DNA of 64,000 nucleotides, from positions 17,276 to 81,275 of the forward strand of contig JAVCDE010000026.1 in the NCBI GenBank assembly GCA_030765185.1, in the 5' to 3' direction. Each line of letters opens with the position of its first letter. Within the stretch, counting starts at the first letter, position 1. Under the pieces are notes generated by a model. It searched no databases. It saw only the letters and a program-made list of their open reading frames with translations, and was not told where the DNA came from. Made by a program: the position numbers and the translations under genes. Shown here in pieces: positions 35,290 to 45,512 of this stretch. This stretch comes from Candidatus Aceula meridiana. Its GTDB lineage: Bacteria > Omnitrophota > Gorgyraeia > Zapsychrales > Aceulaceae.

Positions 35290-36258
35290 ATGAGTCGATT
35301 AGATTTTGAAAAACCGATTGGCAAGCTTGAGGATAAAATTAATGAGCTTAAGAGTTTTAACTCTGAAGAAAAAGCGAATTTAAATCCCGAGATCAAAAAG
35401 CTTGAAGAAAAACTTGGCAAGCTAAAAAAGCAGGTCTATGGAGACCTTTCTCCTTGGCAGCGCATTCAAATCGCACGCCATTCGGACAGGCCGTATACTT
35501 TAGACTATATCCGATTAATTCTTAATAATTTTATAGAACTTCACGGTGATAGACTTTTTTCTGATGACCCTGCTCTTATAGCTGGGCTTGCAACGATAGA
35601 TGGCCAGAAAGTCATGGTTATGGGACATCAAAAAGGGCGTGATGTTAAAGAAAATATTATGCGTCATTTTGGTTGCGCACATCCTGAAGGATATCGCAAG
35701 GCTATGCGTCTGATGCATTTCGCAGAGAAATTTAACCTCCCTATTGTTATTTTTATTGATACACCCGGAGCCTATCCCGGCATTGGTGCAGAAGAAAGAG
35801 GCCAGGCTCAGGCTATTGCAAGCAATTTGAAGGACATGGCTCAGATTAAGGTTCCTATTATTGCGGTTGTTATCGGAGAAGGTGGAAGCGGTGGAGCCTT
35901 AGGGATTGGCGTTGCCGATAAGGTTCTTATCTTGCAGCATGCGTATTATTCGGTTATCTCACCGGAAGGATGCGCGTCTATTCTCTGGCGAAACAGTGTA
36001 CGTGCTCCGGATGCAGCCAAGGCTTTAAGAATTATGGGCGAAGATTTAGTCGAGTTTGGCATTGTTGATGAAATTATTCCGGAGCCTTTAGGCGGAGCCC
36101 ATCGGGACCCGGAGGCGATAGCCACCGATGTTAAAAAGATAATTTTAAAGCATCTTAAAAAGATGCAAGAGATCCCTGATTCTAAGCTGTTAGACAGCCG
36201 GTATGAGCGTTTTCGTAAAATGGGCGAATTTCAAGAAACGCAACCTTCCTCTAAATAA
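35290..36258 (+). CDS. accA: Acetyl-CoA carboxylase carboxyltransferase alpha subunit
   Basis: LDFEKP, RPYTLDYI, IDTPGAYPGIGAEERGQ, GEGGSGGA. Confidence 0.97.
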   Translation: MSRLDFEKPIGKLEDKINELKSFNSEEKANLNPEIKKLEEKLGKLKKQVYGDLSPWQRIQIARHSDRPYTLDYIRLILNNFIELHGDRLFSDDPALIAGLATIDGQKVMVMGHQKGRDVKENIMRHFGCAHPEGYRKAMRLMHFAEKFNLPIVIFIDTPGAYPGIGAEERGQAQAIASNLKDMAQIKVPIIAVVIGEGGSGGALGIGVADKVLILQHAYYSVISPEGCASILWRNSVRAPDAAKALRIMGEDLVEFGIVDEIIPEPLGGAHRDPEAIATDVKKIILKHLKKMQEIPDSKLLDSRYERFRKMGEFQETQPSSK

Positions 36259-36267
36259 TTTTAAAAA

Positions 36268-37323
36268 ATGAATTCTCAAAGAAATTTAAAGCCTGATATC
36301 AAGGCCTCTAGCCTCGAAGAGTTTTTGAATTATTTTTCCGACCAAGGCTTAAAATCTTTTCATGCGAAACAGCTTTTTAAATGGATTTATCAAAAAGGTG
36401 CTGAGTATTTTGAAGATATGACAGATTTGTCTGCTGATTTACGAAAAAAGCTAAAGAATGACTTTGCCTTTTCGCATTTTTCTCCCGAAAAAGTTTTAAC
36501 GTCAAAGGACGGAACAAAGAAGTTTTTGTTCGCTGTTGGGGAGAATGAATATATTGAAAGCGTTATTATCCCTTCTTCTAAGCGCACAACGCTATGCATT
36601 TCTTCTCAGGTTGGATGCAAGTTTGCCTGCCGGTTTTGTGCCAGCGGCCTTAACGGTTTTTCTCGTAATTTAACAACGGCAGAAATCCTTAATCAAATTT
36701 TATATATTAAGAATCATGAAAAAGGAGCAATGATTACGCATGTTGTTTTTATGGGCGTTGGCGAGCCTATGGATAACTATGATAACGTTTTTAAAAGCAT
36801 CAGAATAATTAATTCTTCTTCTGGCCTTAACATTGCTGCCCGACGGATAACAGTCTCAACTTGCGGCCTTATTCCTCAAATTCGGGCTATGGCTAAAGAG
36901 GGCTTGCAGATTGAGCTTGCGGTTTCTTTGCATGCGGCGAACAATACAACTCGCAGTCAGCTTATGCCGGTTAATAGAAAAGATCCTCTTGATAAACTTC
37001 TTGCAACTTGTAAAAGTTATTCAAAGGCCACAAAGCGGCAAATTACCTTTGAGTATGTTTTAATTAAGGGTGTTAATGATTCTCAAGAAGATGCCCGGCA
37101 GTTGGCTCGTCAGGTTAAAGGGATGCTTTGTAAGATTAATCTTATCACTTGTAATCAAGTTAAGGCGTTGGCCTGCTGCTCGGCAGACCGTCAGCAGGCT
37201 GTTAAATTTCAGAATATTTTATTACAAAAAGGTATTTTGGTAACTATTCGCGCTCCGCGGGGAGAGGATATTGCCGCAGCCTGTGGACAACTTCGCTATT
37301 CTCTTTCTAAGAAAAAAAGATAG
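36268..37323 (+). CDS. rlmN: 23S rRNA/tRNA m2A methyltransferase RlmN (radical SAM)
   Basis: CISSQVGCKFACRFCASG, VFMGVGEP, DIAAACGQL. Confidence 0.96.
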   Translation: MNSQRNLKPDIKASSLEEFLNYFSDQGLKSFHAKQLFKWIYQKGAEYFEDMTDLSADLRKKLKNDFAFSHFSPEKVLTSKDGTKKFLFAVGENEYIESVIIPSSKRTTLCISSQVGCKFACRFCASGLNGFSRNLTTAEILNQILYIKNHEKGAMITHVVFMGVGEPMDNYDNVFKSIRIINSSSGLNIAARRITVSTCGLIPQIRAMAKEGLQIELAVSLHAANNTTRSQLMPVNRKDPLDKLLATCKSYSKATKRQITFEYVLIKGVNDSQEDARQLARQVKGMLCKINLITCNQVKALACCSADRQQAVKFQNILLQKGILVTIRAPRGEDIAAACGQLRYSLSKKKR

Positions 37324-37330
37324 AAAAATT

Positions 37331-37825
37331 TTACATATTGAGTTTTTGTCCGGCTTTATTAATAAGATTTTGAATTTTTGGATTTTGAAGAAGTTTCTGA
37401 AATTTTGGATTATTTTGCATAGCATCAAAATCTTGCGCCATGACCGCCTTCATAAAGGCAGGGTCAGAGAAGGCTTGGATGACTTCTTCATCCTGGGCAA
37501 TCGTTTGGATGTCATTCATGATGGCAGGATCGCTAACAATTTTTTGTTGATATTCTGCAATTTGATTGTTGGAAACAGGAGGGTTGTTTTGGGCCTGAAC
37601 AGGAAGGGCAGCTTGGTCGCGGCCGATACTCATAATTTTACCACCTTTTATTTCAATTTCACCAAAAGATGTCTCAATTGTATAGATATCATTCGAAACA
37701 GAGAGGATTTTTCCTTTGACTTGAGATCCATCATCTAGCGTGATGACTTTTGTTTCTTGCGCAAAGGACGGACAGGCGATAAGGAAAAAACAGCAAGAAA
37801 GCATGGCTAGAAATATTTTTTTCAT
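37331..37825 (-). CDS. Hypothetical exported protein with C-terminal STI1/DP-like repeats
   Basis: Signal peptide MKKIFLAML...SFA|Q, SD AAGGAG, SDPA/NPK repeats. Confidence 0.75.
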   Translation of the reverse strand: MKKIFLAMLSCCFFLIACPSFAQETKVITLDDGSQVKGKILSVSNDIYTIETSFGEIEIKGGKIMSIGRDQAALPVQAQNNPPVSNNQIAEYQQKIVSDPAIMNDIQTIAQDEEVIQAFSDPAFMKAVMAQDFDAMQNNPKFQKLLQNPKIQNLINKAGQKLNM

Positions 37826-38033
37826 TTAAATTCTCCTTAAAATTAAAGTTTAGAAATTGAATTTGTTGCTTTAAATGGTTATTATAGAGGAAAACAAAGA
37901 AAAGCACAACATCGTTTCAGGAGCTGAAATATATAAGAAGCAAATGGTGTTTTTTTTAAAACAATTTATTTTTTTGAGTTATAATAAGGTTTAATATTAG
38001 CGGTATAAGAATATCAGGAAAGAAGGGGCCATT

Positions 38034-38441
38034 ATGGGGACAATTGAACACCGTAAACTTTTTCGCGCTGAAGCTTATTTAAAAATAAGCTATGAATCCA
38101 AACGGGAACCCATCATCAAAGGGGAATTTGTGACAGTGGATATTAGCTCTATTGGGCTCCATGTTATTGGTCCAGATAAATTAGAAATTGGTACAGATCT
38201 TATTATCAAGCTGCAGATTAAAGACAGGCCGGAGTCGGTTACAGCCCTTTCGAAAGTTGTTTGGCAGAAGCCATGCAGCTATGTTCCTGCGAGCAAAAAT
38301 GCTTATTTTGCGGCAGGCTTAATGCTTCTAGACATGTCACCTGAAGATGCTATTTTAACTTCTGATTTTATTTTTGATGTTGCCAAAGAACATCAGTTCA
38401 AATACGAAAAGAAAATCATTGATCAGCTTGAGCCTTCATAA
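38034..38441 (+). CDS. PilZ-domain c-di-GMP receptor
   Basis: RxxxR (RKLFR) and DxSxxG (DISSIG) motifs, KVVWQK. Confidence 0.85.
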   Translation: MGTIEHRKLFRAEAYLKISYESKREPIIKGEFVTVDISSIGLHVIGPDKLEIGTDLIIKLQIKDRPESVTALSKVVWQKPCSYVPASKNAYFAAGLMLLDMSPEDAILTSDFIFDVAKEHQFKYEKKIIDQLEPS

Positions 38442-38453
38442 ATTATTTATACC

Positions 38454-39119
38454 ATGAATATTTCCGTTATTATTCCAGTTTGCGAGTTCCAATCTGACCT
38501 ACAAAAAGCACACGAAGTTCTTATCCGTGTATTGAGAAATTTATCTTTGGAGTTTGAGGTCTTGATATGCGACGACACAGCCTCTTCTCAGTCTCATGTC
38601 GTATGCAAATTAATTAAAGATAGAGGTGCTCATACTAAGATTTTTTTGCATGAAAAAAGACTAGGATTAGGGCAAAGCCTTAGAGAGCTTTTTACCGAAG
38701 CTAAGGGAGATATTGTTTTGTATCTGAACCCTCGCGCTCTTTTTGATTATCAGGCTTTAGCAGTTTTTCTGAACAGTGTGCGACAATGTGACGTGATTGT
38801 TTCTTCTCATTACAAGGCAAAGGAGGGAGAGAAGTTGTCCCTTGCGCTGGGAGAAAGACTTTATTCTTTTTTCTGCCGATTTTTGTTAAGAATACCTATA
38901 TGTGAGATTATTCCTAGCCTAATGCTGGTGCGTCGTAAAGTATTTGCGGTTTTGCCTTTAAAGGCGTCCGGAGAAGATTTTTTAACGGAGTTTCTTGCTC
39001 GTGCGCATGGCCAAGGATTCTTGGTTAGAGAGGTGAATTTTGGTTTTCCCCCTAAAAGACGTAATGGTTTTTTCCGTTTTTTTTCTGCTTTAAATTTTCG
39101 AAAACAAATGTCTTCTTAA
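38454..39119 (+). CDS. Glycosyltransferase family 2 (DPM-synthase-like, degenerate)
   Basis: ISVIIPV, EVLICDD, GLGQSL, AKGDIVLYL; the usual DAD motif is replaced by NPR. Confidence 0.7.
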   Translation: MNISVIIPVCEFQSDLQKAHEVLIRVLRNLSLEFEVLICDDTASSQSHVVCKLIKDRGAHTKIFLHEKRLGLGQSLRELFTEAKGDIVLYLNPRALFDYQALAVFLNSVRQCDVIVSSHYKAKEGEKLSLALGERLYSFFCRFLLRIPICEIIPSLMLVRRKVFAVLPLKASGEDFLTEFLARAHGQGFLVREVNFGFPPKRRNGFFRFFSALNFRKQMSS

Positions 39120-39152
39120 TTTATATTTAAGTAAGTTTTAGGGTAAGGATTT

Positions 39153-39239
39153 TGGTGCTGGAGGAGGGAGTCGAACCCTCATGCCCGCGAAGACACTGGT
39201 TTTTGAGACCAGCGCGTATACCAGTTCCGCCACTCCAGC
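39153..39239 (-). tRNA. tRNA-Leu(CAA)
   Basis: Reverse complement GCTGGAG...CT-CAA-AA anticodon loop, long variable arm, TTCGA T-loop, encoded CCA. Confidence 0.95.
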
Positions 39240-39295
39240 AGAAAAAAAAGCTACATCCAAGCGTAGTTTTCAAATGTAAAGCTTAAAACGAAGCC

Positions 39296-39371
39296 TGGTG
39301 GAGCTGGAGGGATTCGAACCCTCGACCCCTTGCATGCCATGCAAGTACTCTCCCAGCTGAGCTACAGCCCC
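39296..39371 (-). tRNA. tRNA-Ala(GGC)
   Basis: Reverse complement GGGGCTG...TGCAT-GGC-ATGCA...GGTTCGAATCC...CCA, 76 nt. Confidence 0.96.
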
Positions 39372-39474
39372 AATGATTTTAATTAAAAATTAATGAATTG
39401 GGTGTGTGCTTCTTCCTCTTTAATAAGAGATAGAAGTTAACGGCCAACCCCAAACTTCTAATAAAGAATGAGTC

Positions 39475-39503
39475 AATATAGCATTTGTTGATATTTTTGT
39501 CAA
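39475..39503 (-). promoter_or_regulatory. sigma70 promoter for the tRNA-Ala/Leu pair
   Basis: Minus strand TTGACA-17 nt-TATATT with TG extension. Confidence 0.7.
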
Positions 39504-39612
39504 TCCCTCGGAAAACCCTCAACTTTCAACTTAAAAAGTGCATGTTTTGTTTTTTGCTCAGGAGGGAGCCTTGGACTAAAATCCAAAGCAGGCTCCGCTA
39601 AAGTTTTAGGGA

Positions 39613-39668
39613 AATTGTCAACCTAGATACATTTTAAAGTTGACAATTAAAAATAGAGAAGTTAAGAT
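39613..39668 (+). promoter_or_regulatory. BirA operator overlapping the -35 of the bio operon promoter
   Basis: AATTGTCAAC-N16-GTTGACAATT inverted repeat (BirA-box-like); TTGACA (39640)-17-TAAGAT (39663). Confidence 0.85.
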
Positions 39669-39677
39669 GTTTTCATT

Positions 39678-40634
39678 ATGAATGAGAAAATTATTTCTTT
39701 TTTAAAGAAAGCTGACGGATATTTCTCCGGAGAGCAAATTAGCAAAGCCCTTCGCATTAGCCGAACAGCTGTCTGGAAGCATATTAAGCAGCTTAAACAA
39801 GAGGGCTACAATATTGAAGCAGTTTCACGCAGAGGGTATCGATTAATTTCTGCGCCGGATAAGCTTTTACCCTCGGAGATTAAAAATGGACTTCAAGCAA
39901 AAATTTTTGGCCAAAAGATTGTTTATTTTGATACCGTAGGCTCAACCATGGATGAGGCTTCTGTTTTGGGTTTTCAGAATGAAATGGAAGGGACCCTTGT
40001 TTGCGCTGAGAGTCAGACAAAAGGACGTGGACGCTTAGGAAGAACATGGATTTCGTCTAAAGGCAAAGGCATTTATTTTTCTCTTATTTTGCGTCCTGTG
40101 ATACCTGTGGCAGAGGCAGCAAAGCTGACGCTTCTTTTTGCTATTTCCGTTTGCCAGGCTATTAGGAAAAGTACCGGCATTAACGCTATGATTAAATGGC
40201 CCAACGACATTATGGTCGGAAAAAAGAAAATCTCCGGTATTTTAACTGAGCTTAATGCTGAGATGGACCGCATTAATTTTGTCATTGTTGGTCTAGGGGT
40301 TAATGTCAATGAAACAAAGTCTGTGCTTTTAAAAAGCGCAACCTCTATCTATCAAGAAATAGGAAAGAAATTTTCGCGAGCTGTGCTTTTAAAAGAAATT
40401 TTAGAAAAATCTGAGGAAAATTATTTATTATTTCAAAAGAAGGGATTTTCTCCTATTGCGAGTCAGTGGAGATCACTTTCTGATACCCTAGGCAGACGCG
40501 TTAAAGTTGATGAAACCAAGAAGACAACAGAAGGCGAAGCTGTTGATATTGATACTGATGGTGGCCTTTTGATCCGCAAGGATGATGGGGTTGTTATCAA
40601 AAAAATATCTGGCGACGTTATTCATTTAAGATAA
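39678..40634 (+). CDS. birA: Bifunctional biotin ligase/repressor BirA
   Basis: N-terminal HTH SGEQISKALRISRTAVWKHI; QTKGRGRLGRTW; IKWPND. Confidence 0.96.
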   Translation: MNEKIISFLKKADGYFSGEQISKALRISRTAVWKHIKQLKQEGYNIEAVSRRGYRLISAPDKLLPSEIKNGLQAKIFGQKIVYFDTVGSTMDEASVLGFQNEMEGTLVCAESQTKGRGRLGRTWISSKGKGIYFSLILRPVIPVAEAAKLTLLFAISVCQAIRKSTGINAMIKWPNDIMVGKKKISGILTELNAEMDRINFVIVGLGVNVNETKSVLLKSATSIYQEIGKKFSRAVLLKEILEKSEENYLLFQKKGFSPIASQWRSLSDTLGRRVKVDETKKTTEGEAVDIDTDGGLLIRKDDGVVIKKISGDVIHLR

Positions 40635-40638
40635 AAAT

Positions 40639-41811
40639 ATGAAGACAGAATTTTTAAATACATATCTTGAAAAACTTGAGAGGGACGGTTTAAAGAGGCA
40701 TCTAAAAGAGCTTTCCGGGCCGCAAGGAGCGCATGTTATTCTTGACGGAAAGCAGGTTGTAAATTTTTGTTCGAATAATTATTTAGGATTAGCTTCAGAT
40801 AAACGCCTTTTGCAAGCCGCTGCGAATTCTTTGGCTCAAGAGGGTATGGGGTCTGGAGCATCGCGGCTTGTTTGCGGTAATTTAAAGCGGCATCGGGCTC
40901 TTGAGAAAAAGATTGCAGCATTTAAGGGCACAGAAGATTGTCTTGTTTTTAGCACAGGATACATGGCCAACGTTGGCATCATTTCAAGTTTATGCGAGAG
41001 AGGCGATATTATTTTATCCGATAAGTTGAATCATGCCTCGATTGTAGATGGTATTCGTTTAAGCCGTGCGGAATTTAGACGGTATCCGCATAAGAATATG
41101 AACGCCTTAGAAGAAGAATTAAAAAAGGCAGAGCATTTTCAAGAACGTTTTATTGTGACAGATAGCGTTTTTAGCATGGATGGCGACATTGCTCCTTTAG
41201 ATAAAATTGTTGAACTGGCGCAGAAATATAAAGCTTTTGTGATGGTCGATGAGGCACATAGTTTTGGCGTGTTAGGAAAAAACGGCAAAGGAGCTGTTGA
41301 GCATTTTGGCCTTCAAGATAAAATTGATATTCAGATGGGAACTCTTAGCAAGGCCGCTGGGTCTTTTGGGGCGTATTGTTGCGGGTCAAAAAACTTAGTT
41401 GATTTTTTGATTAACAAAGCGCGGAGCTTTATTTATACGACAGGAATGCCGGCGTGTGTTGCGGCAGCCTCACTCAAAGCCGTTGAAATTATAGAAAAAG
41501 AGCCGCAAAGGCGACAAGATCTTTTGGATAATGCACATAATGTTCGACAGGCATTCCAGGAGGTAGGGTTTGATATTTTACAATCGCAAACACCGATTAT
41601 TCCTGTTGTCGTTTCGGAAACATCAAAGGCTGTTGAATTTTCAAAGCAGCTTTTTGAGAAGAATATTTTTGTCCAGGCCATTCGCCCACCGACTGTTCCT
41701 GAAAATACAGCACGGCTTCGCGTTACTGTGATGGCAACACATAATCAAGAAGACATCGCAAAACTTTTATCAGCCTTTGAAGAAATAGGAAAGAAATTAT
41801 GCCTTATTTGA
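40639..41811 (+). CDS. bioF: 8-amino-7-oxononanoate synthase
   Basis: FCSNNYLGL, NHASIVDG, VFSMDGD, DEAH, GTLSKA, AIRPPTVP. Confidence 0.96.
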   Translation: MKTEFLNTYLEKLERDGLKRHLKELSGPQGAHVILDGKQVVNFCSNNYLGLASDKRLLQAAANSLAQEGMGSGASRLVCGNLKRHRALEKKIAAFKGTEDCLVFSTGYMANVGIISSLCERGDIILSDKLNHASIVDGIRLSRAEFRRYPHKNMNALEEELKKAEHFQERFIVTDSVFSMDGDIAPLDKIVELAQKYKAFVMVDEAHSFGVLGKNGKGAVEHFGLQDKIDIQMGTLSKAAGSFGAYCCGSKNLVDFLINKARSFIYTTGMPACVAAASLKAVEIIEKEPQRRQDLLDNAHNVRQAFQEVGFDILQSQTPIIPVVVSETSKAVEFSKQLFEKNIFVQAIRPPTVPENTARLRVTVMATHNQEDIAKLLSAFEEIGKKLCLI

Positions 41812-42608
41812 CAATTAGCGAAAATAAAAAATGGTATTATGAAGTTAAGGGTGAGGGCCCGTGCTTGGTTTTTATTCATGGATGGGCGTCTAGCGGACGG
41901 GTTTTTAGTCAGCAGATAGAATATTTTTCAAAAGATTATAAGGTTTTTTCTGTTGATTTGCCCGGACATGGAAATACTCCATGGCAACAGATGGGCTTGG
42001 AAGACATGGCAAAAGATATTGTCTCACTCATAAAAAATTTAGGAGAAAAGGAAGTTTTTGTTGTTGGAAGTTCTTTAGGAGGAATGGTAGGTTTAAAATG
42101 TGCTGAGCTTCCTCAAAAGATTGTAAAGAAACTTGTTATGGTAGGATCTTTGCCTCGGTTTTTAAAAACACAGCAGCGGCCCATAGGGCTGATGCCGGTT
42201 GAAATGGCAAGGCTTCAAAAACAATTACGTGAAAGGTATCCTGCTATTTTAGATATTTTTTTCCGGTCTCTGTTTACGCTCGAGGAGAGGGAGACACAAA
42301 AGTTTAAATGGATTCATCAATTTCGAAAGACTGAAAAAAATCCTGACAAAGAGGCCCTAGAAAGCCTTTTGGACATGCTTTCAAAGGCAGACCTTACGGA
42401 TTTTTTAACAACGACACATATTCCGATTTTATTTCTAGTCGGAGAAAAAGATTATATTTGTCCGCCTTCATCTTTGGAATTTCTTAAAAATATTATTCCG
42501 GATGCACATTACGACATTATCAAAGCCAGTGGGCATTTTCCGTTCATCATTCATGCTCAGGAATTTAATGAAAAAGTCGAACGCTTTTTAGACCTGAAGA
42601 ATGTGTAA
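41799..42608 (+). CDS. bioH: Pimeloyl-ACP methyl ester carboxylesterase (BioH-like alpha/beta hydrolase)
   Basis: FIHGW, DLPGHG, GSSLGG, GHFPF; located between bioF and bioC. Confidence 0.8.
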   Translation: MPYLTISENKKWYYEVKGEGPCLVFIHGWASSGRVFSQQIEYFSKDYKVFSVDLPGHGNTPWQQMGLEDMAKDIVSLIKNLGEKEVFVVGSSLGGMVGLKCAELPQKIVKKLVMVGSLPRFLKTQQRPIGLMPVEMARLQKQLRERYPAILDIFFRSLFTLEERETQKFKWIHQFRKTEKNPDKEALESLLDMLSKADLTDFLTTTHIPILFLVGEKDYICPPSSLEFLKNIIPDAHYDIIKASGHFPFIIHAQEFNEKVERFLDLKNV

Positions 42609-42720
42609 ATATTTTCTGTTTGCCATTTTGGGATTCTTATTTTGAGTCCCGATTCAGGGGCGAGGGAAGGATTGGGGGCCCTCGATCGGCTTGAGGTCAT
42701 TTTTTAGGATAAGATTATAA

Positions 42721-43476
42721 ATGAATATTTTAAGACAAAGCAAACCACAAGCATCTTTTTCAAAAGCCGCCTTATCTTACGAGGAGTTTTCTGATATCCA
42801 AAAGAAGGTTGGGCTTACGCTTTTAGAAAATCTTCCAACGAATATTAAGGGAGGGCGTATTTTAGATGTTGGTATGGGAACCGGGTGGCTTACCGAGAAA
42901 GTGGCTGAGCGTTTTCCTGACGCAGATATTTTTGGAGTTGATTTTGCAGAAGGTATGGTGCAGAGTGCTAGAAAAAAGAATATTGATTTTGTTATTCAGG
43001 CAGATGCGCGCGCCTTGCCTTTTCAAAAAGAAAGTTTTGACCTTATTGTGTCTAATTGTGCGTATCAATGGGTTGAAGATTTAAAAAAGACTTTTACACT
43101 TAATCGAGAGATTCTTAGAAGCCATGGCTATTTTTGTTTTACATGTTTTGGAGAAAGCACATTGAAAGAGCTGTGGGAGTCTTTAGGAACAGTGAATCGT
43201 TTGCATTGCCCGACGGAGAAGGATATCCGCGATGCCCTTAGAACTGGTGGTTTTTACTCGTTTGAGGTAAGTTCAGTGATGATGAGGCAGGAGTTTGGTG
43301 ATATGTTTGATTTAGTGCGATGGCTTAAAAGAATTGGGGCAAATCAAACTAAAAGAGAAATTTTTATTGGACGGGATGCTTTATCTTGCGCCAATGATTT
43401 TTATTGTCAGAATTTCGAAAGCGATAATGGTGTTTTTGCGACCTTTGAAATAATTATGGGAAAAACACAAAAATGA
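42721..43476 (+). CDS. bioC: Malonyl-ACP O-methyltransferase
   Basis: FSKAALSY, ILDVGMGTG, FDLIVSN, LKRIGAN. Confidence 0.88.
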   Translation: MNILRQSKPQASFSKAALSYEEFSDIQKKVGLTLLENLPTNIKGGRILDVGMGTGWLTEKVAERFPDADIFGVDFAEGMVQSARKKNIDFVIQADARALPFQKESFDLIVSNCAYQWVEDLKKTFTLNREILRSHGYFCFTCFGESTLKELWESLGTVNRLHCPTEKDIRDALRTGGFYSFEVSSVMMRQEFGDMFDLVRWLKRIGANQTKREIFIGRDALSCANDFYCQNFESDNGVFATFEIIMGKTQK

Positions 43477-45512
43477 AACCTAAGGGAATTTTTATAACTG
43501 CAACGGATACAGATGCCGGAAAAACAACGGTAAGTTTTGTTCTTGGTGTTTTATTACATCAGAAGGGGATTGATGTCGGCATCATGAAGCCGATTCAGTG
43601 CGCAGGGCGCGACGCACAATTTTTAAAAAAAAATTTGAGGATTAAAGATTCGTTAAGAGAAATTAATCCCTATTTTGCTAAGGAACCGATATCTCCGCAT
43701 TTAGCCTTTGCCCGTCAGAAAATCGCTATCGACATAGAAAAAATTAAAAAACAATATCAAGCTTTAAGCTTAATCCATGATTTTGTCATTGTTGAGGGAG
43801 CCGGAGGATTGATGGTTCCCATTAAAGATAATTATTTGATGGCAGACTTAGCCAGAGATTTAGAGCTTGATGTCGTTGTCGTATCAAAGCTGTCCTTAGG
43901 AACAATTAATCACACTTTGCTGACTATTGAACAGGCAAGGTCTTGTGGTCTTGATGTACGCGGAATTATTTTTAATCAAATAAAAAAAGGCAAAGGGGGA
44001 ATTCCTGAGAAAACGAATTCGCAAGCGATTAAAAAATTTGGCCAAGTTCCGATTTTAGGGACAGTGTCGTATATGCCTAAGGCAACAAGAAACAGTGTTT
44101 TAAGGCAGTGTAAGAATAAAATAAATTTAAAACCTTTGCTAAAACAAGAAACAAAAAAAGCGAGCCAGCGTTTAAAAAAAGAAGATAGAGAATATATTTG
44201 GCATCCGTTTACACAGATGCAGGATTGGCAGAAAGAAAATCCGCTTATTATAGACCAAGCTAAAGGATGTTATTTAAGAGATAGCAACGGAAAATGGTAT
44301 TTAGATGGTGTTTCAAGCCTCTGGGTTAATTTACATGGACATCAACATAAAACAATTGATCAGGCTGTCTGCCGCCAGGTAAAAAAGGTAAGCCATTCAA
44401 CATTGCTTGGGCTTTCAAATGTTCCGGCTGTTGAGCTTGCGCGCGAGCTTGCTAAAATAACACCCAAGACTTTAAGGAAAGTTTTTTATTCCGACAGTGG
44501 TTCAACTGCAGTTGAAATCGCGATAAAGATTGCGTATCAGTATTGGCAGAATATCGGCCAAAAGAAAAAGACAAAAATTATTCATCTTGCGCATTCTTAT
44601 CATGGGGACACTTTAGGAAGCGTAAGCATTGGAGGCATTGATTTATTTCATAAGGTCTATCGGCATTTGATTTTTAAGACAATAAAATGGCCGACGCCTT
44701 ATCCGGATGCTTTTGGGGATAAGAAAATTTTTGCAAAAGATTTCTCAAGGTCTATCGATAGGCTTGAAATATTTTTAAAAAAATCAAATCAAACAATTGC
44801 CGCTTTCGTCGTAGAACCTATTGTTCAAGGTGCTGCTGGCATGATTGTTTGGCCTAAAGGTATTTTAAAAAGAATCGAGAAATTATGTCGTCAACACAAT
44901 ATTCTTTTTATTGCCGATGAGGTGGCAACGGGTTTTGGGCGGACAGGAAAAATGTTTGCGTGCGAACATGAGAACGTAACGCCGGATGTGATGTGCTTGG
45001 CTAAAGGAATAAGTGCAGGATATCTTCCTTTGGCTGCAACTCTGACAACGCAGAAGATTTATGATGGATTTTTATTTGATTATAAAGAGCAAAAGACATT
45101 TTTTCACGGTCACACCTATACGGGAAATCCTTTAGCGTGCGCGGCTGCGTTAGCAAATTTAGAAGTTTTCAAAAAAGAGAAGACATTAAAGAAGATACAG
45201 GCGAAGATTAAATTGTTAGAAGCTGAATTAAAAAATTTTAAGAATCTTTTCCACGTCGGTGATATTAGACAAAAAGGCTTGATGGTTGGCATTGAACTCG
45301 TTAAGTCTAAGAAAAAAAGACAACAGTATCCTTGGCAAGAAAAGATAGGTGTTAAGGTCTGTCAAAAGGTGCGTGAGCATGGAGTTATTTTGCGGCCTTT
45401 AGGGAATGTGGTTGTTTTAATGCCGCCTTTGAGCATCAGTCGTAGCGAGCTTAAGAAGCTTTTATCAGCCACTTATCAGGCGATTGACGAGGTAACAGAA
45501 TCTTATGTTTAG
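43473..45512 (+). CDS. bioDA: Fused dethiobiotin synthase / DAPA aminotransferase (BioD-BioA)
   Basis: N-half ITATDTDAGKT, VEGAGG, LGTINHT; C-half WHPFTQM, SLWVNLHG, YHGDT, DEVATGFGRTG, HGHTYTGNP. Confidence 0.93.
   Translation: MKPKGIFITATDTDAGKTTVSFVLGVLLHQKGIDVGIMKPIQCAGRDAQFLKKNLRIKDSLREINPYFAKEPISPHLAFARQKIAIDIEKIKKQYQALSLIHDFVIVEGAGGLMVPIKDNYLMADLARDLELDVVVVSKLSLGTINHTLLTIEQARSCGLDVRGIIFNQIKKGKGGIPEKTNSQAIKKFGQVPILGTVSYMPKATRNSVLRQCKNKINLKPLLKQETKKASQRLKKEDREYIWHPFTQMQDWQKENPLIIDQAKGCYLRDSNGKWYLDGVSSLWVNLHGHQHKTIDQAVCRQVKKVSHSTLLGLSNVPAVELARELAKITPKTLRKVFYSDSGSTAVEIAIKIAYQYWQNIGQKKKTKIIHLAHSYHGDTLGSVSIGGIDLFHKVYRHLIFKTIKWPTPYPDAFGDKKIFAKDFSRSIDRLEIFLKKSNQTIAAFVVEPIVQGAAGMIVWPKGILKRIEKLCRQHNILFIADEVATGFGRTGKMFACEHENVTPDVMCLAKGISAGYLPLAATLTTQKIYDGFLFDYKEQKTFFHGHTYTGNPLACAAALANLEVFKKEKTLKKIQAKIKLLEAELKNFKNLFHVGDIRQKGLMVGIELVKSKKKRQQYPWQEKIGVKVCQKVREHGVILRPLGNVVVLMPPLSISRSELKKLLSATYQAIDEVTESYV

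Noticed and set aside
37271-37738. 155-aa plus-strand ORF
   Set aside because: It is antisense to the better-supported signal-peptide gene 37331-37825, which has an SD.
39153-39371. tRNAs as integration sites for a mobile element
   Set aside because: No integrase and no duplicated tRNA 3' end is visible in the window.
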